The notes under the pieces: generated by a model | Seen by the model: the letters and a program-made list of their open reading frames with translations, nothing else | Told to the model about the DNA's origin: nothing | The model's database searches: none | Position numbers and translations under genes: made by a program | In this document: positions 39,586-49,910 of the stretch, piece after piece | Layout: every line of letters begins with the position of its first letter | Position numbering within the stretch: position 1 is the first letter of the stretch | NCBI GenBank assembly: GCA_963797095.1 | Contig: CAWCNY010000005.1 | Span: 96,001 to 160,000 of the forward strand | Origin: an uncultured Chloroflexia bacterium | GTDB taxonomy: Bacteria; Chloroflexota; Chloroflexia; QHBQ01; JADMIH01 | DNA length: 64,000 nt | Direction: 5' to 3'

Positions 39586-41091
39586 CTACAGGGATATAGT
39601 GGAAGCGTTCATCCCTTCAAGGTTCTGTTTCAGCACTCGCAGGAAGCGCGCTCCCACCGCACCATCCAGGATCCTGTGGTCAAGAGCGATAGTGGAGAAC
39701 ATCATGCTCCTGATAGCGATGGCATCATCGATCACCACGGGGCGTTTTACGATAGCCTCCATAGTAATCAGGCACGCCTGCGGCTGGTTGATGATCGAGT
39801 GGGTCATCACCACCCCGAGCGAGCCTGTGTTATTGACTGTGATGGTGCCGCCCTCGATCTCAGGGAGGGTGAGCTTACCGGCGCGGGCCTTCTCAGCCAG
39901 TTCGTATAGTTTGCGGGCAATCCCGGTCACGCTCAAGTTATCCGCGCCCTGGATCACAGGCACAATCAATCCCTGGTCGCCAAGTTCAATAGGCACGCCC
40001 ACATTGATATTGCGCTTGAGTATCACGCCCTGCTCGTCGTTCCACACCGAGTTGACCTGTGGCACCTGCCTGATGGAGTCGACCACAGCCTTGATGAAGA
40101 ACGAGTAGTAAGTGACGGGGATGCCCTCTCTCTGCTCGAAATCGGCTTTGATGCTGTCGCGGTACTTGACCACGCTCGTCATATCGATCTCGATGGTGGT
40201 CCAGGCGTGCGGTGAAGTATGCACGCTCTCCACCATGTGCCTCGCGATTGCCCGCCTCATCGGAGTCAGGCCCATCGCGACATCGCCCATCATAGGCGCA
40301 GGCATGGCACCAGTTGGAGCGGGAGCGGCTGGAGCGGGAGCGGCTGGAGCAGCGGGAGTTGGCAAAGGCGAGGGTGCGGGTGCGACGGGTGCAAGTGCAG
40401 CCGCCGGAGCAGGTGCGGGAGCCGCGCCGCGCTGGGCCACGTACTGGAGAATGTCTTCTTTGGTCACGCGGCCACCAAGCCCTGTGCCTGGAACCTGACG
40501 CAGATCAACCCCGTGCTCTTCGGCCAACCGCCTCACCGCCGGAGTGGAGCGCCTTCGCAGTATCGCCTCTTCGCTCTCAACGCCACCTGCGGGAGCGGGA
40601 GCAGAGCCGCCCGCATACATCTCAGCAGGCGCAGCAGGCATAGCAGCGGCCACCGAAGCGCCCATATCGGCGGGCATGGCGGGCTGGGGCTGGTATTGAG
40701 GCTGGGAGCGCCCGTTGTCGGTCGCCTGTGGCGCAGGAGCGGCGGGTGGTGCAGGTGGAGCGGGGGCAGGTGCAGGAGCTTCTGCGACCGGCGCGGGGGC
40801 GGCGGTCTGTGCCGCCGATGGCTGCGGGGCCGGCGCGCTCACGGCGTCGCCGCCTTCATCGATTGAAAGTATCTCGGTGCCGACGGGCACGGTCGCGCCT
40901 TCCTCTATCTTGAGTTCCTTTATCACGCCGGCCACGGGCGAGGGAATCTCGGCGTTTACCTTGTCGGTAATGACTTCGGCAAGCGACTCGTACTTTTCGA
41001 CGGTGTCGCCCGGCTGCTTCAGCCATTTGCCAATGGTCCCTTCGGTGACGCTCTCGCCCAGTTGGGGCATTGTAACCGGGGTTACGGGCAT
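39586..41091 (-). CDS. bkdB: 2-oxoacid dehydrogenase E2 (branched-chain type)
   Basis: Lipoyl domain TDKV, E3-binding TPAVRRLA, catalytic DHRILDG. Confidence 0.93.
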   Translation of the reverse strand: MPVTPVTMPQLGESVTEGTIGKWLKQPGDTVEKYESLAEVITDKVNAEIPSPVAGVIKELKIEEGATVPVGTEILSIDEGGDAVSAPAPQPSAAQTAAPAPVAEAPAPAPAPPAPPAAPAPQATDNGRSQPQYQPQPAMPADMGASVAAAMPAAPAEMYAGGSAPAPAGGVESEEAILRRRSTPAVRRLAEEHGVDLRQVPGTGLGGRVTKEDILQYVAQRGAAPAPAPAAALAPVAPAPSPLPTPAAPAAPAPAAPAPTGAMPAPMMGDVAMGLTPMRRAIARHMVESVHTSPHAWTTIEIDMTSVVKYRDSIKADFEQREGIPVTYYSFFIKAVVDSIRQVPQVNSVWNDEQGVILKRNINVGVPIELGDQGLIVPVIQGADNLSVTGIARKLYELAEKARAGKLTLPEIEGGTITVNNTGSLGVVMTHSIINQPQACLITMEAIVKRPVVIDDAIAIRSMMFSTIALDHRILDGAVGARFLRVLKQNLEGMNASTISL

Positions 41092-41191
41092 TCTATTTCC
41101 TCCAAGTCATATATTGAAAATATGTTGTACAAGCCTGAAAGCATCAAGTTCAAAGCCACCGGTCGACGTTGAGCGCTGAGCCTGGAACTAA

Positions 41192-42175
41192 CTAATAAGC
41201 CGCCAACTGCCTCATCGCATTGGCAATTTTCTCGGGATTGGGCATGAAATAGTGTTCCTGGTTGTGGTTATACGGCATGGCCGGTATGTCGGGTCCAGCC
41301 ACACGCATGATCGGCCCGTCCAGGTAGGCAAACGCAGCCTCCGAGATCGAAGCGCTGATTTCGGCGCCCCAACCACCGCTGTAGGTGTCCTCGTATACGA
41401 CGAGGGCCTTACCCGTCTTCTTGACCGAATTGACGATCGTCTCGCGGTCCAACGGGCTGATCGTGCGTACATCCACTACTTCCACGCTCACGCCCTCACC
41501 CTGAAGAGTCTCGGCGGCGGTGAGGCAGTGGTGGAGCATCATTCCATACGCGACTGCCGTCATATCCGTTCCTTCGCGTGCGATGGCGGCCTTTCCCAGC
41601 GGTACTGTGTAGTCCTCGTCGGGCACCTCGCCCTTGATCAGCCGGTAAGCGCCCTTGTGCTCAAGAAATATCACCGGATCGGGGTCGCGGATCGCGGCTT
41701 TGAGCAATCCCTTCGCATCGTAAGGGTTGGAAGGGATGACCACGATCAATCCTGGTATATGCCCGTACAGCGCTTCCACGCTCTGCGAGTGATAGAGCGC
41801 GCCGTGGATACCACCCCCATATGGCATACGTATAACCATGGGCACATTGAACGCATTATTCGAGCGAAAGCGAATCTTGGCCGCTTCGTTCATGATCTGG
41901 TCCATAGCAGGGTGGCTGAAGTCGGCGAATTGCATCTCGGCCACGGGCCTCATCCCATTTACCGCCGCGCCGATAGCCGCACCGGCGATCACCGACTCGG
42001 CGAGTGGGGTATCCAGCACGCGCAATGTCCCGAACTGCTTGGAGAACCCATCGGTCACGCCGAACACACCGCCGCGAGGGCCAACGTCCTCGCCCATCAC
42101 AAAGACGCGCTCATCGCGCTCCATCTCCTCGCGCAATCCGTCTCGGATCGCTTCAATCATGGTCTTTACCGCCAT
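41192..42175 (-). CDS. bkdA2: Branched-chain 2-oxoacid dehydrogenase E1 beta
   Basis: GEDVG..GGVF, DTPLAES, EMQFADF, GALYHSQS. Confidence 0.92.
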   Translation of the reverse strand: MAVKTMIEAIRDGLREEMERDERVFVMGEDVGPRGGVFGVTDGFSKQFGTLRVLDTPLAESVIAGAAIGAAVNGMRPVAEMQFADFSHPAMDQIMNEAAKIRFRSNNAFNVPMVIRMPYGGGIHGALYHSQSVEALYGHIPGLIVVIPSNPYDAKGLLKAAIRDPDPVIFLEHKGAYRLIKGEVPDEDYTVPLGKAAIAREGTDMTAVAYGMMLHHCLTAAETLQGEGVSVEVVDVRTISPLDRETIVNSVKKTGKALVVYEDTYSGGWGAEISASISEAAFAYLDGPIMRVAGPDIPAMPYNHNQEHYFMPNPEKIANAMRQLAAY

Positions 42176-43239
42176 TTCGCGCGCTCCTCTGGCGTGGCAT
42201 AAACATGCAGGGTCGATTCTTCTTCCACCGGGTCGGGCTGTAGCTCGGTCCAGTCGGTGGCGTCATTCACCTCGCGGTCTATGCGCTTCTTGATCTCGTT
42301 CAATTCCTCTTCGGTAGCGATCCCGTTATCGAGCAAGTACTGCCTGAACTTGGGCATTGGCTCCTTAGCGCGCCACTCCTCCACCTCTTCGCGCTGGCGG
42401 TAGGTGCGGTCGTTGTCGTCGGATGAGTGGGCGGTCAGGCGATAAGTCTTGGCCTCTACAAGCGATGGCCCATCGCCCCTGCGCGCTCGGTCGGCGGCTT
42501 CCTTCATTACCTCGTAAACCGCAAGCACATCGGTCCCATCGACCTCAACACCGGGCATCCCATAGCCAACACCTCGCGCGGCCACGCTACCCCCGGCTAC
42601 CTGCTGAGGCACAGGCACCGAGATAGCATACTGGTTGTTCTGGCATAGGAAAACAATGGGCAGGTCATGAATACCCGCGAAATTGAGCGACTCGTGCCAG
42701 TCGCCCTTGCTGGTACCACCTTCCCCGACCGATACTACAGTCACCTCGCCCGAATTGCGCATCTTGGAGGCAAGAGCTACCCCAACCGCATGACAATTCT
42801 GAGTAGCCACCGGCGACGAACCGGTGACGACCTTATGTTTGGCATACCCGTAATGGCCAGGCATCTGGCGACCACCGCTGCTGGGGTCGTCCTTCTTGGC
42901 GAAGTGTTGCAACATTATCTCGCGAGGCGTAACGCCAAGCGTCACGATCATCCCCAGGTCGCGGTAATAAGGAAGGAACCAATCTTTGTCCCGTTCAAGG
43001 GCGAATACAGTGCCTACCTGGATTGCCTCGTGCCCCTGGCAGGAGATTACGAACGGAGCTTTGCCTTGCCTGTTCAACAGCCACATACGCTCGTCCAATG
43101 AACGCGCCAGTAGCATGTAGTACCACATGTCAAGCAATATCTCTTTGTCGAGGCCAAGGGCTTCATGCTTCGGCATCGATTTTGTCTCAGAGGCTCGTTT
43201 GCGGCTGCTCGATCCCACCTTGGTGCCGGTGGTTGCCAT
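42166..43239 (-). CDS. bkdA1: Branched-chain 2-oxoacid dehydrogenase E1 alpha
   Basis: SCQGHEA, PYYRD, GGRQMPGH, TPP motif GEGGTS..NN, HSSDD. Confidence 0.92.
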   Translation of the reverse strand: MATTGTKVGSSSRKRASETKSMPKHEALGLDKEILLDMWYYMLLARSLDERMWLLNRQGKAPFVISCQGHEAIQVGTVFALERDKDWFLPYYRDLGMIVTLGVTPREIMLQHFAKKDDPSSGGRQMPGHYGYAKHKVVTGSSPVATQNCHAVGVALASKMRNSGEVTVVSVGEGGTSKGDWHESLNFAGIHDLPIVFLCQNNQYAISVPVPQQVAGGSVAARGVGYGMPGVEVDGTDVLAVYEVMKEAADRARRGDGPSLVEAKTYRLTAHSSDDNDRTYRQREEVEEWRAKEPMPKFRQYLLDNGIATEEELNEIKKRIDREVNDATDWTELQPDPVEEESTLHVYATPEERAKWR

Positions 43240-43372
43240 ATGTTACCTCCTCGTAACTTATTAAGCAGAAATGGAAGTGGGCGGCGGCAGCACATGATCA
43301 TATCGCCGCCGTCTTTTGCATAATGCGCTTCTTCGCCTTGTTATGCAGTCCTCCTCTGAAAGGACATTGAAC

Positions 43373-43401
43373 ATCTTATCATAAGGGGTATGGCTTGTCA
43401 A
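43373..43401 (-). promoter_or_regulatory. Promoter of the bkd operon
   Basis: - strand TTGACA-17 nt-TAAGAT with extended TG. Confidence 0.7.
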
Positions 43402-43422
43402 AGCGATCGCCGCCACGCAGGA

Positions 43423-43552
43423 ACAGGGCTGAAGCAAAGTCGGTATCGGACACACCAAGTTTGGATGTGTCATTCTTCACTTCGTTCAGAATGACAAGGG
43501 CCTAGATGGGCGGCCTTTCCCACCCTCTTATCTGACTTTGCTTCAGCCCTGT
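43423..43552. mobile_element. MITE-like element with 19-bp perfect terminal inverted repeats and an internal palindrome
   Basis: ACAGGGCTGAAGCAAAGTC ... GACTTTGCTTCAGCCCTGT; internal TGTCATTCT-TCACTTCGTTC-AGAATGACA. Confidence 0.65.
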
Positions 43553-43669
43553 ATGCGGAAATGGGTCTTTAGCCGCCTGGAAGAGGTACGGGCCGAGGAC
43601 CCCTAATGGGGATGTCCAAAGACACTTGCCCTAAAATGAGAGCTTTCTGAAATAGAGGTAATCGGGCCC

Positions 43670-44995
43670 TCAATGATGGGCTTCAACGAGGACCTTTGCG
43701 ATCTGGGCCCTGGTCGCGGATGCATCCGGCAGGAAGCACCCATTAGCATAGCCATTGAAAGTACCGTGCTGAATTGCGACCTGAACATAAATCCACGCCC
43801 AGTGATTGGCAGGCACATCGCACAGAGCGATCGACGGTTGCCCCTGGAGAGAAATAGGCCAGCCGCGAGAGCGCACGAGCATCTTGGCTACCTGTGCGCG
43901 GGTCACGTAGCTATCGGGCTTGAATGTCTTGTTGGGGTAGCCGGAGAGAATGTTGTGGGCATAAGCCGTTTCAACATAAGAATAGAAGATGTTGGAGCGT
44001 TCGACATCAGTGAAGCTTGGCTCCGAAGGGTTGACCAGGGGCCAGTCTTCCGAGAGAACGATCATCTTTGCCAGTTGGGCGCGAGTAGTCGGATCGTCGG
44101 GGCGGAATTTGCCATTGGAGTGACCCGAAACTATACCCTCACAGGCAAGCTCCATGATATAGCGATAAGCCCAGTAGTTGGGGGTAACATCAGGAAAACT
44201 CAGGTCGCAAGTAACGAGCGTAGCGGTGGGAGACGGTGTCACGCCCTGAGTCGGAGGAAGCGGGGTGGGGATCACTCCTCCAGGGGGAGGGGTAAGCCCT
44301 TGATCGATGGCGATCAGCAGCAGATCGCGTCCAACCGTGTTCGAATCAAGGGAGCTAATCGGATCGCTTGTGCCGTGCAATGAAACACCGAATATCCAAT
44401 TATCGGCCAACCAACGCAGCCGGCGCTCGATGATGGACCCATCAGGTGCCGTGATAGTCGCTGAGTAAGCGGGATATGTGTAAAAGGTGGTCGGTTGCAC
44501 GGCGAAGCCTGATAGCCTGGCGTCCTCCTGTTCGGCGGAGAATGCGGCTTCGGCGCTGGGCCCGTAGGAGAATGGCCTGATCGCGGCCTGCGCCCAATCA
44601 CGTTCGGAGAGGTTCAGCTGCACCAGGTACATGCCTGTGCCGTCGACTATGACCGTAGCGGGCCAGCCAAGCTGATCTGCAAGCTCCAGAAGAGCCTGTT
44701 CCTCCCACCTGGCGGTCACCGTTGGCGAGAAGACGGCTGTAGCTTCAACCGCCGCCACTGTCGGGCTGTATGTAGCTACGGGCGTTTCGCCGTTCTCCGG
44801 GGTCTGAACTACCCCGTAGCCACCCACTTCATTGCCCGCAAAGGCGATGCCTGATGATGTGGATGTAATTGCGATAATGAGCAGGAACACAAAACCGGCA
44901 AGCGCTATTGCCAGCCCGGTGCCTCGCCAACCAGAGCGTTGGCGGCTTGCTGCCCGCTTTGTAATTACTGCCTTTGTGTTCTCTCTTTGCGCCAA
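43670..44995 (-). CDS. SLH domain surface protein
   Basis: N-terminal TM/signal, Pro/Thr linker, three SLH repeats (FPDV..NYWA, FRPDDPTTRAQLAK). Confidence 0.87.
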   Translation of the reverse strand: MAQRENTKAVITKRAASRQRSGWRGTGLAIALAGFVFLLIIAITSTSSGIAFAGNEVGGYGVVQTPENGETPVATYSPTVAAVEATAVFSPTVTARWEEQALLELADQLGWPATVIVDGTGMYLVQLNLSERDWAQAAIRPFSYGPSAEAAFSAEQEDARLSGFAVQPTTFYTYPAYSATITAPDGSIIERRLRWLADNWIFGVSLHGTSDPISSLDSNTVGRDLLLIAIDQGLTPPPGGVIPTPLPPTQGVTPSPTATLVTCDLSFPDVTPNYWAYRYIMELACEGIVSGHSNGKFRPDDPTTRAQLAKMIVLSEDWPLVNPSEPSFTDVERSNIFYSYVETAYAHNILSGYPNKTFKPDSYVTRAQVAKMLVRSRGWPISLQGQPSIALCDVPANHWAWIYVQVAIQHGTFNGYANGCFLPDASATRAQIAKVLVEAHH

Positions 44996-45009
44996 CTCGT
45001 TTTTCCGTT

Positions 45010-46227
45010 CTAAAGTTTCGTCTCCAGCCGCTCCAGCAAATGCTTGCGAAGAAGATTCAGAGCAGCGAGACTCACCAATCGCGTGATTTCACTCCCGGCG
45101 GTCTGCCAGGACTGCCTGATCTTCCAGACCGAGACCTTGCCCTTCCATTGTACAGCAACCAGGCAAATATCGGCGTCAAACTTGACCGTGTGTCCATCGT
45201 CCCCGACAGTTTCCTGGGCAACCTGGACAGCAAGAGCGAGCGCCGCACCGCTTTCGATCAGCAGGGACCGTGCCGCCAATTCGAGGTCGTCACGGCTGGC
45301 GTGCTGCTCCAGTGGTCTGGCAACAGCGGAAGCCAATTTGCCGCTTGCCGAAAGGAGGGGTGCCAGCGCACCGATAGCGCCGTTCCCTGATTCCAGCACT
45401 GCTACCTCGACATTAGCTGCGTTGAGCAGGTCACCTACAACACCGGCGGGTGTTTCGTTATCGACACCGTAGATGGCTGTGCCCAGGCGCTCGCGCACCC
45501 TGACTTCCAATTGCGCGATCATGGCGTTGGCGGCTCTGAGGTCACTGGCCTTAGCAGAGATACGCAGGTGAATGCCATCCGGTTTCGCATAAGGGGCAAG
45601 GGTCGGATTGGACCCGGTCATCAGGTCGGCTACAACTTCTTCGACCGCCGATTCGCCCATCCCCATGACCTTCAGTGTCCGGGACACAATTACCGTGCCC
45701 GTGATACCGGCCAGCTTCGGCTCTACTTCCTGCTCCCACATGCGCTTCATCTCAAACGGAACGCCCGGCATAGACACGATTGAGCGCGAGCCATGAGAAA
45801 CTTCACCACGCACCCACCAGCCTGGGGCCGTCCCCAAGGGGTTCGGAATGATGCTGGCAGATGGGATGGTGGTTGCCTGTTTCAAATTTCGTTCCGGCAT
45901 TCGCCCGCCCCGGCGAGAGAAGAAGGACCTGAGCGCTTCCTCAAGTTCAGGGACTACCACAGGTGGTTCACCAACGAGAGCCGCAATTGCTTCGCGGGTA
46001 AGGTCGTCCGATGTAGGGCCGAGGCCGCCGGTAGTGATCGTCAAATCGCTTCTTCCCCAGGCACGCTCCAGAACTTCGACGATGCGGCCTAGATTGTCAC
46101 CCACTTGCGAAATATAGTAGCAATCAATTCCCAGCCTGGCGAGACGCTGTGCCAGGTACTGGGCGTTTGTGTCGTTGATCGTTCCGAGGAGAAGCTCAGT
46201 GCCGATCGATACAATCTCAGCTTTCAT
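45010..46227 (-). CDS. cinA: CinA family protein (MocF-like N-domain, divergent PncC domain)
   Basis: IGTELLLG...DTN, VGDN, TGGLGPT.DDLT, NPLGTAPG, PGVPFEM. Confidence 0.9.
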   Translation of the reverse strand: MKAEIVSIGTELLLGTINDTNAQYLAQRLARLGIDCYYISQVGDNLGRIVEVLERAWGRSDLTITTGGLGPTSDDLTREAIAALVGEPPVVVPELEEALRSFFSRRGGRMPERNLKQATTIPSASIIPNPLGTAPGWWVRGEVSHGSRSIVSMPGVPFEMKRMWEQEVEPKLAGITGTVIVSRTLKVMGMGESAVEEVVADLMTGSNPTLAPYAKPDGIHLRISAKASDLRAANAMIAQLEVRVRERLGTAIYGVDNETPAGVVGDLLNAANVEVAVLESGNGAIGALAPLLSASGKLASAVARPLEQHASRDDLELAARSLLIESGAALALAVQVAQETVGDDGHTVKFDADICLVAVQWKGKVSVWKIRQSWQTAGSEITRLVSLAALNLLRKHLLERLETKL

Positions 46228-46370
46228 AGCGTTGAATCGCCATTTTGTGCTGCAAGTGAATTCCGCCCAGTGTATGTCGATTATAGCACAGGATCAGGTG
46301 GATCGGAATATACTTTCTTACAGAATCCCTAATGATCATAACGTAAATCGGACTAGTCAGATTTTCGTAG

Positions 46371-47321
46371 TTAGGTCAACTTCGGCATGGATTGGCTGCC
46401 TGAGTCGGCTGTGGACATGCGCAGCTCAACGCCGGCCACCGTTTCATAAAGGCGTGCTACCGCCGAATAATCCATGCGCCCGTAGCCCTCGGCCTGGGCG
46501 AGGCGATAAAGCTGCTTAGCAACCGCCCCGCCGAAGGTCGGCAGGCCAATATCGTCAGCCCAACGGAGAGCCGCGTTGAGGTCCTTCATCAGAAGATCGA
46601 GCGCGAAGCCGCCCGACAGGTCCCCTGTGAAGAGGGTCTTCGACATCCAGTTTTCCATCAGGTAGTTGGAGCCGCTTGCAGTGCCGATCACCTCGGTCAA
46701 GACCTCAAGAGGCACGCCTCCCTTCACACCGAGGGTAAGCGCCTCAGCATTCGCAACCATGATAATTGAGATCATGAGCTGGTTCACCAGCTTGACCGCT
46801 TGCCCTGCGCCGGGTCCGCCAACGTGGATTACGTGCTTGCCGAGATCGTTCAGGACAGGTTGCGCTCGCTCGAACGCCTCCTTATCGCCTCCAACCATGA
46901 TGGTGAGGGTACCATCGGCGGCACGCACCGGCCCACCGCTCACGGGGGCATCGAGGGCGGCGATACCCAACTCGCTAAGCCTGGCATGATGCTCGCGCGC
47001 TGCGGTGGGGTTTATTGTGCTCATGTCTATATATAGCGGCCTGAGGTCGCGTCCCTCCTGCCTACCTGCCAGCAATCCTTCCTCTCCAAACAGCACCTGC
47101 TGGACCTGGGGGACATCCGGTACGCTTGTGATAACGACCTCGCACTCAGGCAGGAGGTCGGCGGCGCGGGTGCGGACTTCAGCGCCACGGGCGCTAAGTG
47201 CCTGGGCAGGGTCCAGGTTCCGGTGTGGCACGACTACCAGTTTGTGTTGCGCGTCCAACAACCTCATGCCGATTGGCAGCCCCATCGAGCCCAGACCTAC
47301 CAATCCAACTCTCATGGTCAT
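46371..47321 (-). CDS. NAD(P)-dependent beta-hydroxyacid dehydrogenase (3-hydroxyisobutyrate/tartronate semialdehyde family)
   Basis: GLGSMG, DMSTI, DAPVSGG, KLVNQ, F.LDLLMKDL. Confidence 0.92.
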   Translation of the reverse strand: MTMRVGLVGLGSMGLPIGMRLLDAQHKLVVVPHRNLDPAQALSARGAEVRTRAADLLPECEVVITSVPDVPQVQQVLFGEEGLLAGRQEGRDLRPLYIDMSTINPTAAREHHARLSELGIAALDAPVSGGPVRAADGTLTIMVGGDKEAFERAQPVLNDLGKHVIHVGGPGAGQAVKLVNQLMISIIMVANAEALTLGVKGGVPLEVLTEVIGTASGSNYLMENWMSKTLFTGDLSGGFALDLLMKDLNAALRWADDIGLPTFGGAVAKQLYRLAQAEGYGRMDYSAVARLYETVAGVELRMSTADSGSQSMPKLT

Positions 47322-47360
47322 CTTATTCTTGCTCCTTTACTTGTGTTCTCAATGGGCGTA

Positions 47361-47942
47361 TCAGGGTGCGGGCAACGGCAATTCGGTTGCCAGGCCGGGG
47401 AGAGGCTGGACCGGTTGTGGGAGCGGCGTCTCGGTATCGGTCGGGAAGACAACCAATACCGGTGTGTCAGAAGGGGTGACAAAGTCAGCCGGAGTTTCGC
47501 TGGTCAGCACGGTTGGTGTAGGCGTCATTGTGCTGGATGGCCCAGGCGTGACTGTCGACAGAACCGGCAGTGGAGTGGAGGTGCTGAACGGAGTTGGCGT
47601 AGGGAACGGAGTCAGCGTTTCGGTGGCTGTATTGGTAGGGACTGGCGTTCCGGACGTAGGGGACGGGCTGGGCGTGGCACTTGGAGTGTGAGTAGGGCTG
47701 GGAGTTGGAGTCCTGGTAGGGCGAGGGGTTGCCTGTCCCGGTGTGAATGAATTATCTATAGTATTAGGGTCGATGGTCGCTAGGGGTGTGGGCGTGGACA
47801 AGCGTTGCTTTTCCGAGTCATTGGGGAGGAGGTCGCACGCCGCGAGAAGAAAGAGCAGACCGATCGCAAAAAGGGTGATAGCCGCACTCGCGATATATCG
47901 GGCACCGCCGCGAGTTGCGGCATAGTTGGCATCGCTCGGCAT
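47361..47942 (-). CDS. Pro/Thr-rich lipoprotein, probably from a leaderless mRNA
   Basis: Lipobox LLAAC followed by PT repeats; TGATATAAT 7 nt before ATG. Confidence 0.75.
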   Translation of the reverse strand: MPSDANYAATRGGARYIASAAITLFAIGLLFLLAACDLLPNDSEKQRLSTPTPLATIDPNTIDNSFTPGQATPRPTRTPTPSPTHTPSATPSPSPTSGTPVPTNTATETLTPFPTPTPFSTSTPLPVLSTVTPGPSSTMTPTPTVLTSETPADFVTPSDTPVLVVFPTDTETPLPQPVQPLPGLATELPLPAP

Positions 47943-47973
47943 ATTATAGATTATATCACAATAGATAGCTTCT

Positions 47974-49839
47974 TCAGGGGGCACCACCAGCCGAATCGGC
48001 CTCATAGACTTCGACCTTACTGAAGATTGCCTGGCTCGATGGGCCTGTCCAGAGCTTTGCAACCAACCGATCGGTGCCGGAAGGGCAAATCACCGCAGCC
48101 CGGCCTTGCACGCCCGGTTGGTCCCCCGATCTTTTCATGAGGACGGCATTGGTTGTCATGCGCGGTTGGTCCTGCGAGCCGGTGCAAGAGAGGCTACCCG
48201 CAACCTGGGTGCTGTCCGCCTCATCTACGTCAAATTCCAATAAGTAGAGAGTATCAGGCCGGGCTGGCGGGGATGTAACCGCTTGCGTGCCGCCTGGCAG
48301 GGTCAGGAAAGAATTCGTATTCTGAGAGTCTTCGGGCCTGGATGGAAGGAGCGACCAATCTGTGATTGGCAATGAAACATGGGACCGTGTGATAGGCTCA
48401 TTGATCTTCACATAGAGGTCAAGGTAAAGAGGGTTGAAGTAATATTTGTGCATGATACGCTCGTAGCCGAGCGCTTCCAGTTGCTGATGGTAGACCGCGA
48501 ATTTCGGTAAGTCGTGGTAGGGGAACCACACCGCGCTTGCCGTCGCGCTCGCGGGGGTATCTACCACGAGTCCGTTCAGCGCGCCAGGTTGGTAGGCATC
48601 TATTATGGTGCTGTCAACGGGGCGCACTATCAACACCTGGCTGTTGAGGGAGTCGACCGCGGCGACATCGTTGGACATGGTCTCCCAGTCCTGCTTGAAC
48701 GCATCGCTGTACATCAGGCCAACGGATGATAGAGAAAACAGCACCATGACAGCGCAGCCGAGCGCAGCCAATGTGCCTACCCACCGAGACGATTTTCCGA
48801 TCCAGACTATCGTGGCCCCCGCGATAATCACCCAACCCAGCAGGGCGTAAATGGTGGTACGTGACGCCAGTCCTGGGCTAACCAGACTGAGCACAACAGC
48901 CGCTAGCACCGTGCCTGCCCACAGCACTAACGCCGAGATTAAAGCCGTCACCGAACTTTTCAAAAGTGCCATGACCCCCACTACCAGGATCACGAGCGCC
49001 GAAGCCCCCGCCAACCAGTAGAGGAGTGGCTGCATCTCCCAGGGGAGCGCCGATTGAGAGAGATAAAATCCCCTGTTGGCGACCCCCGCGATTTCGAGTA
49101 GTTGTGTGCCCACCTTTTCGTACGCTATGCCCAGATACGTTACTCTGAAAGGGTCTGCATCCTCGACCGCCGTGAACCACTGAGGTATCCAGGGCAGATA
49201 AGCTAGCACTGCCAGCGCAAGCGAAGTGAAGAGCGGAATAAAGTCGCGGCGATGCTTCCTTAGCAAGAGCACAAACAACACGGCCTGGGGAAGCAGCGCA
49301 TAAAACGAGCTGTAGCTGAAGTACATTGCCAGCAGGGTTGCAAAACCATAGAGGACTGCCCAACCTCGGCGCGGAGAGTTAAGATACTCGATAAGCGCCC
49401 AATACGAAACAGCTACAAATAGCATGGAAGGCACATACATGCGTGCCTCTTGCGAGTACCAGATGTGCAAAGGTGATATCGCCAGCAAGAAGGTTGCAAC
49501 CAGCGCGACCCATGCGCCTGCCACGCGCCTTGCCAGCAGGTAAAGGACCGGCAAGGTCAGGATGCCACACACGACACTGACCATACGGCCTGCGGTCAGT
49601 TCGGGAAATATTCTTTCGAACAGCTTGGCGGACGCAAAATAGAGGGGTGGGTGCGAGTCGTAAGCGCCGTTGAACCCAAGGACATCAGGCCACTTCATGC
49701 GTGCGAACATGATCGTGTAGCCCTCATCGATCCAAAGGCCCATCCCCGTGGAATTGTAGAGGCGCAGCACAGCGCCCAGTATGATAGCGCCCCATACCAG
49801 TACGTCCGGTGACCGGTAAATTCTTCGGGTGTCAGTCAA
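47974..49839 (-). CDS. GT-C fold glycosyltransferase (family 39/83-like, PMT/ArnT)
   Basis: LWIDEG, DSHPPLY, SPLHIWYSQEARMY, many TM helices. Confidence 0.87.
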   Translation of the reverse strand: MTDTRRIYRSPDVLVWGAIILGAVLRLYNSTGMGLWIDEGYTIMFARMKWPDVLGFNGAYDSHPPLYFASAKLFERIFPELTAGRMVSVVCGILTLPVLYLLARRVAGAWVALVATFLLAISPLHIWYSQEARMYVPSMLFVAVSYWALIEYLNSPRRGWAVLYGFATLLAMYFSYSSFYALLPQAVLFVLLLRKHRRDFIPLFTSLALAVLAYLPWIPQWFTAVEDADPFRVTYLGIAYEKVGTQLLEIAGVANRGFYLSQSALPWEMQPLLYWLAGASALVILVVGVMALLKSSVTALISALVLWAGTVLAAVVLSLVSPGLASRTTIYALLGWVIIAGATIVWIGKSSRWVGTLAALGCAVMVLFSLSSVGLMYSDAFKQDWETMSNDVAAVDSLNSQVLIVRPVDSTIIDAYQPGALNGLVVDTPASATASAVWFPYHDLPKFAVYHQQLEALGYERIMHKYYFNPLYLDLYVKINEPITRSHVSLPITDWSLLPSRPEDSQNTNSFLTLPGGTQAVTSPPARPDTLYLLEFDVDEADSTQVAGSLSCTGSQDQPRMTTNAVLMKRSGDQPGVQGRAAVICPSGTDRLVAKLWTGPSSQAIFSKVEVYEADSAGGAP

Positions 49840-49910
49840 CTGTGCTCACGCGTGAATGACGGAGGACGAAGGTTTGCCGTCCTTCGTCCTCTGCCGTTGC
49901 TCGTTCAAGA

